64,000 bases of DNA, taken from sequence record PQ850618.1, one strand, 5' to 3'. The notes under the pieces are model-generated. The model was given only the letters and a program-made list of their open reading frames with translations. It was not told the DNA's origin and ran no database searches. Below are positions 1 through 10,373 of the stretch, piece by piece. Source of the stretch: Escherichia phage ManiWeber_Bas99. Position 1 is the first letter of the stretch, and each line of letters begins with the position of its first letter. The position numbers were made by a program, and so were the translations under genes.

Positions 1-267
1 GGTCCAAATCTGAAGTCGCCGAAAGTCTTTATCGTGAACCAAAACGATAACTACTCTGGCGAGTTTGATGAACACAAGTGTATGCTTGGATTCGATTCAG
101 CAGAAGAAGCGAAAGAAGCTTATCAAGCATCATTTGGTAACGGTTGGAACGGATTCGACTCAATCCACGAATTAGATGTGAACTCATTCAAGGAGTGGTT
201 GAAGGGTGATTGCTCTCAAGCATACGGAGCACTCAATAATCCTACTAATTCACCGAAGCAAGGTTGA
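1..267 (+). CDS. 3' end of a gene continuing upstream of the window (possibly portal, by position only)
   Basis: Frame is open from base 1 to the stop at 265-267; sits directly upstream of the head morphogenesis gene. Confidence 0.35.
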   Translation, partial: GPNLKSPKVFIVNQNDNYSGEFDEHKCMLGFDSAEEAKEAYQASFGNGWNGFDSIHELDVNSFKEWLKGDCSQAYGALNNPTNSPKQG

Positions 268-268
268 T

Positions 269-1120
269 ATGGCTTTTAAAGCTTCGAAAAAACGTGAACG
301 CCGCTCACCCGATAGAGTCGGGCGCGGCAGTCCGATAATCCCATCCAACGCTATTGCGATGGCCTATCGTCGTGAGATGAAAGGTCTTTGCTATGCGATG
401 ATTGACGACTATCAAGCAGGAATTGCTGAGTGGCTTGAAAAGAAGCAGGTTAAAAAGTTCTTTGCGCAAGACTCTGCTGATTCAACTTTTCAGACCTTGA
501 TGAAGCGACTGCAACTGAAATGGGCAAAAGCTTTCGCCCGTGTCGGGTCAAAGATTGCCGCAGATTTCATCAAGTCAGTTGAAAAGGGTGCCACTTCTGC
601 TACATTTGCAAGTCTTAAATCTGCAGGAATAGAAGCGCCAAAAGCCACATATAATAAATTCGTTGAGAACACTCTTAAAACAAGCGAGACGTTCAACACG
701 ACTTTAGTGACTAAGGTTGGCGAAGATATTCACAACAGGGTGTACGAAGCGGTGATGCTTTCGCTGACTTCGCCAGACCCAGCGCAACAAGGCACGTCAG
801 GCATTCAGGCGGCATTAAGAAATGTAAAACACTTCTCTGCAAAACGCGTAGACCTTATCGCTAAAGACCAAACGAGCAAACTTTATTGCGTATTAAGTGA
901 TGAAAGGATGCGACAGAATGGCGTTGAGGAATTTGAGTGGGCGCATTCAGGAGCAGGCAAAGAGCCGCGAATATCGCATGAGCATGTCGATGGAATGAGA
1001 TTCAAGCTTGATGACAAACGCTTATGGGAAGTAGGTGGAGAACTTAAGTTCAAAAAGGGTGACATCGGTCCTCCTGGATGGGCGATACACTGCAAGTGCA
1101 GAAAAATACCAATTATCTGA
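269..1120 (+). CDS. Head morphogenesis protein (Mu gpF / SPP1 gp7-like)
   Basis: ATG at 269 follows AAGG; about 284 aa; C-terminal W..G..HCKCR motif resembles the Mu F-like family; sits in the head module. Confidence 0.55.
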   Translation: MAFKASKKRERRSPDRVGRGSPIIPSNAIAMAYRREMKGLCYAMIDDYQAGIAEWLEKKQVKKFFAQDSADSTFQTLMKRLQLKWAKAFARVGSKIAADFIKSVEKGATSATFASLKSAGIEAPKATYNKFVENTLKTSETFNTTLVTKVGEDIHNRVYEAVMLSLTSPDPAQQGTSGIQAALRNVKHFSAKRVDLIAKDQTSKLYCVLSDERMRQNGVEEFEWAHSGAGKEPRISHEHVDGMRFKLDDKRLWEVGGELKFKKGDIGPPGWAIHCKCRKIPII

Positions 1121-1127
1121 GGTCATT

Positions 1128-2048
1128 ATGACGATACCAATCAACACATTCCCTCTATCTGGACAAACTCCAGTCTTGCCTGCGGTGTATGCTAATGGCT
1201 TGGCGATTGTCTCAGAATTCACTTCTGATAAAAACTTGATTGTTCCACTGAGCCCGCCGCTTGCATCGGGGTACAACTCAGTAGGTCAATTCTTTATGAT
1301 TGGCAATGATGGCGATTCGACCAGCAAGCCTAATCTGACATTGTCTGTACCTAAGATGAACATCACCGACGTTCAAACTGGCTTGACTGCATCAACAATC
1401 ACCATTGCTTTTGGAGAAGCAGTGATTATAGGAATGGAGTCTGGAGGGTCCAAGAATGCTGTCGCCGTTAAGGTAGTCAAATCCAGCGACAACCAATACA
1501 CTTTACCAGCTGCGACGGCTTCCGTTCTCGGCGGCGTCAAAATAGGAAGCGGAATAAGCGTCGCAGGTGACGGTACAATTAGCGTCACTCAATACTCATT
1601 GCCGATTGCGTCAGCATCTACTTTAGGCGGCGTAAAGGTCGGTACAACTCTATCAATTGATGGTTCCGGTGTGCTTAACGCAGCGGCAAGCACCGTCCAG
1701 AATGCCACGAACAGTGTTAGCAATCCTCCAACCACTTTGGTTAATCTGGCAACATTAAACCTTCCTGCAGGCAAGTGGCTGGTCACGGCAAGCCAATTGA
1801 CCGTTGCAACAGCAGGCGTTCAAGCGAATACCGGAATTACAGTCAAATTGTCAACAAGCAATTCAGATATTACGGATGATGCATTTACCATGTCAGCTGG
1901 CATTCGGGCTGCAGGTCGTTTCGGCGGCAACATCCCAACAAAAGTAATTACTCTTGCCGCGCCTGGTAATGTGTATTTAAACTATCAGTGCACCGACGCG
2001 TTGACATCTACCGTTTACGGACAGATCACCGCAATTAAGCTGAACTAA
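1128..2048 (+). CDS. Fibre-like repeat protein (virion-associated)
   Basis: Internal ATG after GAGG; repeated LGGVK(I/V)G..(I/L)S(V/I).G.G motifs as in phage fibre repeat domains. Confidence 0.4.
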   Translation: MTIPINTFPLSGQTPVLPAVYANGLAIVSEFTSDKNLIVPLSPPLASGYNSVGQFFMIGNDGDSTSKPNLTLSVPKMNITDVQTGLTASTITIAFGEAVIIGMESGGSKNAVAVKVVKSSDNQYTLPAATASVLGGVKIGSGISVAGDGTISVTQYSLPIASASTLGGVKVGTTLSIDGSGVLNAAASTVQNATNSVSNPPTTLVNLATLNLPAGKWLVTASQLTVATAGVQANTGITVKLSTSNSDITDDAFTMSAGIRAAGRFGGNIPTKVITLAAPGNVYLNYQCTDALTSTVYGQITAIKLN

Positions 2049-2222
2049 AGAGGAAGTTATGCAAAAGATTATTCAGTCACGTTATGTTAAAGTGCGAAAT
2101 ATTAATTGCAACTCTTTGCTTTCTTGGAAATGGGCTGTTTATGACTCGATGTTGATTGGCGTTTTAGTGGCAGGAGTGCTATTTAATATTCACTGAATTC
2201 ATCGGCAAAGGATTGCCGAGAG

Positions 2223-2505
2223 TTTTATACGTATAATGACGTATCATCCGTATCAAGTAAGTTGTTGTTTTCAAAAGAATCTTACGGATGATACGGATGA
2301 TACGCGTTGCCGCCGTACTATATAGGAATTCAAATAAATTAATTTAAAATTATATATCTAATTTAATTTTATTTTTTTATAAACTCTTATATGTGAAAAG
2401 TATCCGTATCATCCGTATCATCCGTATCACACCAGTGATAGCGCGGCTTATACACCGATACGGATAAAAATACGCCTCATTTTATCCGTATCATCCGTAT
2501 CACAC
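2223..2505. repeat. Iteron module A: inverted arrays of the 9-mer TCCGTATCA flanking an AT-rich core
   Basis: GTATCATCCGTATCA about 2241-2255; reverse copies about 2282-2304; about 70 bp of more than 85% AT at about 2325-2395; three tandem copies at about 2401-2430 and two at about 2482-2503. Confidence 0.7.
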
Positions 2506-2611
2506 TAATAAAGGCGCGGCTATATCGGTTGTTATACATATTCAAACCATAATTATTGTTTGCCTAAGTTTTTTTCATTAGATATAATACACAATACTTA
2601 TTTGAGGGTGG

Positions 2612-4030
2612 ATGCGAATGCAAACGGCACGCGAAATTGACAAAAATGGATTCTTGACGATTATGGGTTGTCCGATTTCGTCATTTGGCATTTTTGATTA
2701 TTCTGCTGGTCAAGTTGGTCTTGATGGTGATCCGAATCGCATCGTAAAAGTCTATCGCCCTGAGTCAGCGGTGAAAGACCCCGAAGCGATAGATTCATTC
2801 AAAAATATCCCTTTCATCGACAATCACGAAATGCTTTCTGGATTTGAAGGTGATGAGGATAACACAGCACCCGAAGAGTATGGCGTTGATGGCGTTCTAA
2901 CTGGCAATGTTTATTATGACAAGCCATGGATGCGCGGCGACCTTAAAGTGTTTAGCCGTCGTCTGAAGAAGGCCATTGATTCTGGAAAGGTTGACTTGTC
3001 TTTGGGCTATGACTGTGAATTCATCATACAGTCTGGAGAGTTTGACGGGCAGCCGTATGAAGTGGTACAGACAACTCTTCGCGGCAACCACATTGCTCTC
3101 GTGGACGTTGGTCGAGTACCAGGTGCACGGGTGCTGGATGGTCGTTGCTTTGACCATCTTTGTTTGACGACTGTAACACCATCCAACGAGGATTTAGACA
3201 TGCCAAAACCGTTAAAAGGTAAAGCGCGTGATAATGCTGTTGAACAGCTGAAATCACTGATCCCTGCGCTCGAACAATTTCTGAATGAAGAGAGCACCGA
3301 AGCGGCTCATCAGGACGAAGTTGAAGTGAAAGCAGAAGAGAAGGATTCAACCGAAGAACGTGAAGAAGTGATGGTTGATCCAGAAGTTAAAGCAGAAGCT
3401 GAAGAAACTCCAGAAGGTGAAGAGAAGTTTGAAGTTGAAACTGAATCTCACGCTGGCGGCGAGCTTCCGCAACTGATCAGCCAAATCGAAGCACTTATTG
3501 CAAAACTGAAAGGTGGCGCGGTAGGTGATGAAGAAGAAGTTGAAGCCGAAGTCAAAGACGAAGAAGTTGAAGTCAAGGCTGAAGATGTATCACCTTGCGA
3601 CAAAGCTGAAGATGTGGTTAGCGGCCTGCAAAACAGCAACGTAAAGGGGGCTTCGGTCGAAAAAGATGACAAACCGACAAAAGCGGCGAAAGCGTCGCCA
3701 GGTCCAGCAAAAGGGGAACACTCAATGGCATCTGATTCAGCAGTTGCTGCTTTCTACGCTGATTCTGCTCGTAAGAATAGCCTCTACCAGCGCCTGTCTA
3801 AAGTTGTTGGTGCCTTTGATCATGCAACTATGGACTCCAAGTCCGTAGCGAAATATGGCGCTAAAAAGTTAGGCTTGAAGTGCGTTGATGGTGCTGAGTT
3901 TGACGTGGTGGATAATTATCTGCGCGGCGTTGAACACGGTCAAAAACAGCGTGTAGTCGCAAAACAAAAGGCCGCTGCGGATTCTGCAGCGACTGACGAA
4001 GCATTTGAAGCTTGGTTGAAAGGGGAATAA
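2612..4030 (+). CDS. Putative prohead protease / scaffolding protein
   Basis: 472 aa; highly acidic E/V/K-rich central region typical of scaffolds; sits between morphogenesis and capsid genes; RBS GAGGG. Confidence 0.4.
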   Translation: MRMQTAREIDKNGFLTIMGCPISSFGIFDYSAGQVGLDGDPNRIVKVYRPESAVKDPEAIDSFKNIPFIDNHEMLSGFEGDEDNTAPEEYGVDGVLTGNVYYDKPWMRGDLKVFSRRLKKAIDSGKVDLSLGYDCEFIIQSGEFDGQPYEVVQTTLRGNHIALVDVGRVPGARVLDGRCFDHLCLTTVTPSNEDLDMPKPLKGKARDNAVEQLKSLIPALEQFLNEESTEAAHQDEVEVKAEEKDSTEEREEVMVDPEVKAEAEETPEGEEKFEVETESHAGGELPQLISQIEALIAKLKGGAVGDEEEVEAEVKDEEVEVKAEDVSPCDKAEDVVSGLQNSNVKGASVEKDDKPTKAAKASPGPAKGEHSMASDSAVAAFYADSARKNSLYQRLSKVVGAFDHATMDSKSVAKYGAKKLGLKCVDGAEFDVVDNYLRGVEHGQKQRVVAKQKAAADSAATDEAFEAWLKGE

Positions 4031-4032
4031 AC

Positions 4033-4650
4033 ATGACTTTCCAAACTAGTGTAGGCCGTCAATATACAACTGGCTTTCCTGGCGACATCGTTCGCGACGG
4101 CCCACAGCGTGGGAAGCCAGGCCGAATTGCCAACGCTAACGAAGGCGCAAACGTAAACGCCATCAGCCGTGTGTTCGGTTTTAAGACTGACGTATCCTTA
4201 ATGGGTACTGGTCAAACCAAAACTTTGGGCGCGCAGGACTTTGAAGTTGAGCTGGGCGGCACTAACTACTACGGCATCCTCGGCAATAGCAAGCGTTACG
4301 CGCTGTATGGCAACTCTACTGGTCCTTTGGGTGCCAGCATGGTCCTGCCTCAATATAGCGAAGGCGAGTTCTATGATATGTGCACGGGCCTCGTAGTTGA
4401 AGTATTCAACCCAAGCACCAGTCCGCAGACGCTTAACTATGGCGACCTGCTTGCTTATGTACCTAAAGGCATTTCCAGCGGTAACAACCCGAACAACTTG
4501 CCTATTGGTGCAATTATCGCCTATACTGGCTCATTGCCAACTGGCATGGTTGCCATCCCAGGCGGTATTGTGATTGACCCGACGACTATTGCCCTTTCCG
4601 GCCCAAGCGTCCAGTCTTCCACTTATACCATTGTACAATTGACTCGTTAA
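4033..4650 (+). CDS. Putative head decoration / structural protein
   Basis: Internal ATG after AAAGGGG; about 205 aa; Gly/Thr/Ser-rich; immediately upstream of the capsid gene. Confidence 0.3.
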   Translation: MTFQTSVGRQYTTGFPGDIVRDGPQRGKPGRIANANEGANVNAISRVFGFKTDVSLMGTGQTKTLGAQDFEVELGGTNYYGILGNSKRYALYGNSTGPLGASMVLPQYSEGEFYDMCTGLVVEVFNPSTSPQTLNYGDLLAYVPKGISSGNNPNNLPIGAIIAYTGSLPTGMVAIPGGIVIDPTTIALSGPSVQSSTYTIVQLTR

Positions 4651-4664
4651 TAGGCAGGTGAATA

Positions 4665-5804
4665 ATGACTCGCATTAGCCAAACACACTCTCGCCTCCCA
4701 GCGAGCAAGGTGCGCCCTTTTGATATGCAATCCGTGACCGACGCGGCTGTTTCCCAGCTTGCGCGTATCGGTATTGTGTTTGATTCCGCGATTGTGCGTG
4801 ATCAGATTGAGCACTTAAACCGTGCAGGCGCTTTCCGCGTAGGTGACGCCGCATTTACTGCGCCGCAGACCACGCCATCAATCCCGACCCCGCTGCAGTT
4901 CCTGCAACAGTGGCTGCCTGGCTTCGTCAAAATCATGACCGCTGCCCGTAAAATTGACGAGCTGGTTGGTATTGACACCGTTGGTCAGTGGGAAGATGCA
5001 GAAATCGTTCAGGGCATCGTTGAACCAGCTGGCACCGCAGTTGAATATGGTGATTTCACCTCTATTCCTCTGGCAAGCTGGAACGTGAACTTTGAACGCC
5101 GTTCCATCGTTCGCGGTGAAATGGGCATGGCAGTCGGCATGCTGGAAGAAGGCCGCGCGTCTGCGATGCGTCTGAACTCTGCAGAGACCAAGCGCCAGCA
5201 GGCTGCTGTATCTCTGGAAATCATGCGTAACGCAATCGGCTTCTATGGTTGGTATAACGGGAACAACCGCACGTTCGGCTTCCTGAATGATCCAAACCTG
5301 CCAGCGGCAATGACTTCAAACACCACTTCCGGCTGGGCTACTGCGACCTTCCAACAGGTGACTGCAGACATCCGTTTGATGGTTCGTCAAATCCGTGTCA
5401 ACTCTCAGGATCAGATTGATCCAGAGAAGGTTGATATGACTCTGGCGCTGCCGACCAACTCTATTGATTGGCTGTCAAACACCACCGACTTCGGTATTTC
5501 TGTACGTGACTGGATCACCCAGACTTATCCGAAGATGAAGATCAAATCCGCACCGGAACTCAACGGCGCACTTGGCAGTGACCCGACTTTCCTGAATGTG
5601 GCATATCTGTACGCTGATCACATCGATTCCTCAATTGATGGCTCAAGCGATGATGGTTCCGTATTCAGTCAGCTGGTCCAGACTAAGTTTATGACTCTGG
5701 GCGTTGAGAAACGCGCTAAGAGCTACGTTGAAGACTACGCAAACGCAACAGCAGGCGTTCTGCTCAAGCGTCCTTTCGCAGTCGTCCGTATGACTGGTAT
5801 CTAA
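4665..5804 (+). CDS. Major capsid protein (candidate)
   Basis: 379 aa ORF after the scaffold-like gene; RBS AGGTG; followed by a strong hairpin; size and position typical of an HK97-fold capsid protein. Confidence 0.55.
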   Translation: MTRISQTHSRLPASKVRPFDMQSVTDAAVSQLARIGIVFDSAIVRDQIEHLNRAGAFRVGDAAFTAPQTTPSIPTPLQFLQQWLPGFVKIMTAARKIDELVGIDTVGQWEDAEIVQGIVEPAGTAVEYGDFTSIPLASWNVNFERRSIVRGEMGMAVGMLEEGRASAMRLNSAETKRQQAAVSLEIMRNAIGFYGWYNGNNRTFGFLNDPNLPAAMTSNTTSGWATATFQQVTADIRLMVRQIRVNSQDQIDPEKVDMTLALPTNSIDWLSNTTDFGISVRDWITQTYPKMKIKSAPELNGALGSDPTFLNVAYLYADHIDSSIDGSSDDGSVFSQLVQTKFMTLGVEKRAKSYVEDYANATAGVLLKRPFAVVRMTGI

Positions 5805-5827
5805 TTGCTGTGATTACACAGTAAAAC

Positions 5828-5862
5828 ACATGGGGCGTGGTCGAAAGGCTTCGCCCCATATC
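5828..5862 (+). other. Strong stem-loop directly after the capsid gene (no clear T-run)
   Basis: ATGGGGCG-(14 nt)-CGCCCCAT, 8-bp GC-rich stem; may attenuate or stabilise the capsid transcript. Confidence 0.4.
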
Positions 5863-5919
5863 AATAGACCTCAAGGGCTGTAGGGGCTTATCTGAGGCTT
5901 ATATAAATAGGACTACAAA

Positions 5920-6384
5920 ATGCCAAAATACATCGTTTCAACTATGTCTATGTCAGTCAACTACACTTTCTATACGGAAGTGAAAGAAAACCCGAATGCA
6001 AAAGCTGGTTCAGGCGCTCTTCCAAATATTCGCAAACAGATTCTGATCAAGGGCGGTGCTGGTCTTACTTCGGCAACTTCCGGCTTTGGTGAAATGGCAA
6101 AAGGCGCTGATGGTGCACCTTTGTGGACTCCTGAAGGAATCGTCACCGTTGTAAGCGATGCTGATTTTGAACATTTAAAAGATCATCACGTATTCAAGCA
6201 GCACCTTGAAAAAGGTCTGGTTAAAGTGGTTAACCACGACATCGTTGGCAATCATAAAGCTGTCGCTAAAGAAGTGCGCGGCATGTCAGATGACCCGTTC
6301 GCGCCTATGACGCGTGAGACGGCTGACAAGCGCATCAAGGTTAAATTGAGCGGCGAACAAGAAGATGATTTGTTCCGCGTTTAA
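5920..6384 (+). CDS. Hypothetical head/neck protein
   Basis: 154 aa ORF in the structural operon; no recognisable motif. Confidence 0.3.
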   Translation: MPKYIVSTMSMSVNYTFYTEVKENPNAKAGSGALPNIRKQILIKGGAGLTSATSGFGEMAKGADGAPLWTPEGIVTVVSDADFEHLKDHHVFKQHLEKGLVKVVNHDIVGNHKAVAKEVRGMSDDPFAPMTRETADKRIKVKLSGEQEDDLFRV

Positions 6385-6398
6385 ATAAGGTGAATGCC

Positions 6399-6854
6399 AT
6401 GTCATTAGATTACGAAAAGTTCAGAATAAAATTTCCACAGTTTGCTGATCAGGTAAAATTCCATGATACAACGCTTCAAGTATTCTATGACATGGCATGT
6501 GAATTTATTGAATCACAAGACAGTCCTTGTCGTGTTTTAAATGGCAGTAAATTGGAGCTGGCATTGGAATATATGACGGCTCATCTTTTATGCATAGCCA
6601 CAGACCAACAGGTGTCTGTGTCTTCTGGTGACGGAGTTGAACAAGGCGGCTTCGTGACTGGCGCAACAATTGGTGACATCACAGTAAACAAAGTCGCGCC
6701 GCCTGCGAGTGATGGCTGGGAATACTGGCTATCAAGCACTCCATATGGAATGGCGCTGTGGGCGCTTCTTCAAGCACTGGCCGTTGGCGGCTTGTCATTC
6801 GGCGGTCTTCCAGAGCGTGAAGGATTCCGTAAAATTGGTGGGGTATTCTGGTGA
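6399..6854 (+). CDS. Hypothetical head-tail joining protein
   Basis: ATG after AAGGTGA; tightly packed with neighbours. Confidence 0.3.
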   Translation: MSLDYEKFRIKFPQFADQVKFHDTTLQVFYDMACEFIESQDSPCRVLNGSKLELALEYMTAHLLCIATDQQVSVSSGDGVEQGGFVTGATIGDITVNKVAPPASDGWEYWLSSTPYGMALWALLQALAVGGLSFGGLPEREGFRKIGGVFW

Positions 6855-7237
6855 GGATTCCTGGCGTAAACTTATATCGAGTGGCGACAAAGGTTATCGG
6901 TCGCCAACCGATTCAATATTACATGTACAAGGGGCGCACCCTTGATAAGATGCGCAACTATGTCACTACATATGAAAAACCAATCACCTTGCTTGCTTCG
7001 GTGCAGGCTGTACTTCGAAACCAATACGTTGAGCTTGGTTTAGAGCTTCAAAAGAACTATGTTAAAATCTGGGTGGACAAAGACGTTGTTGACCTTGACC
7101 GCGACGCTTCCGGCGACTATTTTGTGTTTGGTGGCAAAACGTACAAGATGGAAGATGAAACGACATGGTTTGACCAAGATGGTTGGACGACTTGCCTTGC
7201 CGTGGAAGTAAAACAAAGCTTTCCAGTGTCTACTTGA
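6851..7237 (+). CDS. Hypothetical neck protein
   Basis: 4-nt overlap with the upstream gene (translational coupling). Confidence 0.3.
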   Translation: MRIPGVNLYRVATKVIGRQPIQYYMYKGRTLDKMRNYVTTYEKPITLLASVQAVLRNQYVELGLELQKNYVKIWVDKDVVDLDRDASGDYFVFGGKTYKMEDETTWFDQDGWTTCLAVEVKQSFPVST

Positions 7238-7244
7238 GGTGTAT

Positions 7245-7820
7245 ATGACAGATGTCGACCTGATTGACATGCTGGCAACGCGAATTGAAGAAGGTCTGGC
7301 GACGTATAGTCGTGCAGACCTTTCTGCTGTTCCAGTCCAGAAAAAATACCAACCGACTCAACAGGGCATTCCGACTGGTGATCAGATTTGGTTTAACCTT
7401 TTATTCTCAGTCCCATTCGGTTGGTCAATGAGAAAGAATGAATTTGTCAATGATGAATCTCAATTTGTTAATGGCAAATTTAAAGATATTGAAGATCAGA
7501 TATACGCAACACGTTTTCAAATTAGCGGCTTATTTCCAGAAGTTCCTGGCAATCCAGAAAAGCCTACGGCTAATGACGTTTTGACTTATTTAGCAAGATT
7601 CATAACCCACAAGGCTAATTTGAGGGATTGGTTTAAAAGGCATCAAGCTTCAGTATATAGAGTCGACATGAACAACAATGAAAAGTTCTATGACGACATG
7701 TCTCAGTTTGAATCGTTTCCTTCTTTTGATTTGGTGATCCTTCACAGAAACGCAATTTCAATTGACACGCCTGCTGTTGCAAGAGCTGTTAATAACGATT
7801 TGGGCGATATTCCGGTGTGA
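7245..7820 (+). CDS. Hypothetical neck/tail completion protein
   Basis: ATG after GAGGTG; structural operon context. Confidence 0.3.
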   Translation: MTDVDLIDMLATRIEEGLATYSRADLSAVPVQKKYQPTQQGIPTGDQIWFNLLFSVPFGWSMRKNEFVNDESQFVNGKFKDIEDQIYATRFQISGLFPEVPGNPEKPTANDVLTYLARFITHKANLRDWFKRHQASVYRVDMNNNEKFYDDMSQFESFPSFDLVILHRNAISIDTPAVARAVNNDLGDIPV

Positions 7821-7821
7821 T

Positions 7822-8307
7822 ATGACAAAATCAAAAATGATAGAGAAACAGATAAAGGCGCTTCAATCAATGAAGGGTCTTACTGTTGAGGCAGGATGGT
7901 TTGACTCTACCAGATACCCTTCAGAAACTGGTGGAGAAGGTATTCTGGTGTCAGAAGTTGCGCGGCTTAATGAATTTGGTCACATAGCCGTTTTGAACTT
8001 TGGACAAGGACCAGTCAGGGTAGAAGTGCCACCCAGACCATTCATGAGATACGCCTATGAATTATTCGTTAGTGAGCGCAGTGAAATAGAGAATAAAATT
8101 GCTAAAAAAATTTTTTCCGGTAAAATAGACGCTAGACAGGCATTGGGTCAAATTGGGCTTGCGATGGAAGCAAAGATTGTCGAATCAATTAAAAACGGAC
8201 CGTGGCAGCCAAACGCCAGATATACTGTACGTGTGAAGGGATTCGACAAACCTTTGATTCACACCAGCCTCATGTGGCAATCTGTCAGCAGCCAAGTCAT
8301 TAAATAA
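7822..8307 (+). CDS. Hypothetical neck/tail completion protein
   Basis: ATG at 7822 directly after the upstream stop. Confidence 0.3.
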   Translation: MTKSKMIEKQIKALQSMKGLTVEAGWFDSTRYPSETGGEGILVSEVARLNEFGHIAVLNFGQGPVRVEVPPRPFMRYAYELFVSERSEIENKIAKKIFSGKIDARQALGQIGLAMEAKIVESIKNGPWQPNARYTVRVKGFDKPLIHTSLMWQSVSSQVIK

Positions 8308-8319
8308 GAGGACACCGAC

Positions 8320-9858
8320 GTGATCAGTCAATCTCGTTATATTAAAATTGTATCAGGGGTCGGAGCAGGCGCGGCTGTTGCAGTTCGCAAACTGTCGCTT
8401 CGCGTCATGACTTCTAATACAGTTCTGCCGCCGGGCATTGTAGCAGAATTTTCAACGGCTGATGCTGTTGGATCATATTTCGGTTATTCTTCCGAAGAAT
8501 ATAAGCGCGCAGCATTATATTTTGGATTCATCAGCAAGCAAATCAACTCGCCTGATTCAATCAGCTTCTCGCGTATTGTTTCAACTGCGATTCCAGCAAT
8601 GGTCATCGGTGATACTGAGCCTAAAGTGCTTGCTACGTTTCAAGCATTCACTGGCGCTATTTTAAGCATCACTTATGATGGCACAGACTACCTGACTGAC
8701 GCAATTAACCTTTCAGCGGCAACAAGTCTGGCGAATGTGGCTGAACTTCTGGAAACGGCAATCAATACTAAATTTGCAGCAGAAGGTGGCACGTCGGTGC
8801 CTGCACTTGCTGATGCAGAAGTGTATTGGAACGCTAATACTCAGCAGTTCACGCTGGAAGCAGCGCCGTCGACCGCTGGCGCAGGCAACCTGTCTATCAA
8901 CGTCACAGGCCAACCGACCGACCCGTCTCAAGCATTGGGTTGGACCACCACTGGCACCGTAACCGTTGCAGGCCAGGGCGTTTCAAGTCCGGTAGAAGCA
9001 ATCGCAGCATCTGTGGAAATCTCCAACAACTTCGGCTCATTCCTTTTTGCTGGGGCTGACCGAACTCTGGAAGAAATTACCGCTGTGGCAGCGTGGAATC
9101 ATTCGCAGAATAATATGTACATGTATTTATTCTCGACTTCGTTCGCTAATATCGGGTCATACTACACCGCTCTGAAAGGGTACTCAGGCGTTGGCATGAT
9201 GATTCGCGCCACTAACCTTGCAAACGATTACATCGACCAAGCGCCTGCTGAAATCCTCGCGGCGACGAACTATAATACTGTGAATGCGACTCAAAACTAC
9301 ATGTATTATCAGTTTGATACTCGCAACGTGACTGTTTCAACTGACTCTCGCGCAGATACTGCTGATCAAAACCGTGCTAACTACATCGGTGCAACTCAGC
9401 AGGCCGGACAAACCTTGGCATTCTTCCAGCGCGGCGTATTGATGGGCGGGTCTACCGCAGCAGTTGACATGAATACTTATGCCAACGAGATGTGGCTTAA
9501 ATCTGCTATCACTTCTCAGCTGTTCAGCATGTTCTTGAATCTTGGTCGCGTGCCTGCAAACGAAGAAGGTAAAGCTACTGTACAAGCCATGATTCAAGTT
9601 GCTGTTGACAATGCGAAGGTTAACGGCACCATCTCTGTTGGCAAGGCGCTGACTGAGATTCAGAAACAATACATCACGCAAACTTCCGGTGACAACACTG
9701 CTTGGCGGCAGGTTGAAACTATCGGTTACTGGCTGACTGTAGATTTTGATACTGAAACCACTTCCGATGGGCGCACCGAATACTATGCAACATACACGCT
9801 AATCTACTCTAAAGATGATGCTGTGCGTCGCGTTGAAGGTCGTGACGTCCTTATCTAA
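8320..9858 (+). CDS. Tail sheath protein (candidate)
   Basis: 512 aa; GTG start after AAGAGGA; immediately precedes the tube-like gene; baseplate J-like gene downstream. Confidence 0.5.
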   Translation: MISQSRYIKIVSGVGAGAAVAVRKLSLRVMTSNTVLPPGIVAEFSTADAVGSYFGYSSEEYKRAALYFGFISKQINSPDSISFSRIVSTAIPAMVIGDTEPKVLATFQAFTGAILSITYDGTDYLTDAINLSAATSLANVAELLETAINTKFAAEGGTSVPALADAEVYWNANTQQFTLEAAPSTAGAGNLSINVTGQPTDPSQALGWTTTGTVTVAGQGVSSPVEAIAASVEISNNFGSFLFAGADRTLEEITAVAAWNHSQNNMYMYLFSTSFANIGSYYTALKGYSGVGMMIRATNLANDYIDQAPAEILAATNYNTVNATQNYMYYQFDTRNVTVSTDSRADTADQNRANYIGATQQAGQTLAFFQRGVLMGGSTAAVDMNTYANEMWLKSAITSQLFSMFLNLGRVPANEEGKATVQAMIQVAVDNAKVNGTISVGKALTEIQKQYITQTSGDNTAWRQVETIGYWLTVDFDTETTSDGRTEYYATYTLIYSKDDAVRRVEGRDVLI

Positions 9859-9905
9859 ATAATTGCCGCCGTAACTGGCGGCCATCTCTCTGAGAGGAAT
9901 CTGTA

Positions 9906-10373
9906 ATGATTAACGTTTCCGGTTTTGGCGCTTCGATTCGTTTAGTGGCATCAAACACTTTTCCAAATGGTGTAACTCTTTCTGATTTCGCAGATGATGC
10001 TGATCCGATTGACGCGCCTGATCTTCAAATCTCTGAAGCGGCAATGGGATTGAACGGTGACTTGGTAGTCTGGAACCGTGCCAACCCTCTTGAAGTAGGC
10101 GTCAACATCATCCCTACTTCTGAAAGCGATGTAAACTTAGATGTTCTGGCAGCGGCTAACCGTGTAGGCAAGCGCAAGAACTCTGCGAAAGACGTGATCA
10201 CCCTTATTCTGACCTACCCTTCTGGCATGGTCATCACACTGAATAAGGGAACTTTGACGACTGGTTCAGTGATTCCTGGCATCCAGTCTCAGGGTCGTGT
10301 AAAAACACGTCAATATCGCTTTAAGTTTGAGAACGTAGTCAAAACTGGCGTGAGCAACCAAGAGATTTTATAA
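9906..10373 (+). CDS. Tail tube protein (candidate), paralog 1
   Basis: 155 aa; RBS GAGAGGAA; clear paralog of 11324-11821 (M(I/V)N(V/I)SGFG(A/T)SIR(L/I)VA...F(A/S)DD). Confidence 0.5.
   Translation: MINVSGFGASIRLVASNTFPNGVTLSDFADDADPIDAPDLQISEAAMGLNGDLVVWNRANPLEVGVNIIPTSESDVNLDVLAAANRVGKRKNSAKDVITLILTYPSGMVITLNKGTLTTGSVIPGIQSQGRVKTRQYRFKFENVVKTGVSNQEIL

Noticed and set aside
2223-2505. Possible CRISPR array
   Set aside because: Repeats are only 9 bp, directly abutting or inverted, with no regular unique spacers and no cas genes. This is an iteron architecture, not CRISPR.
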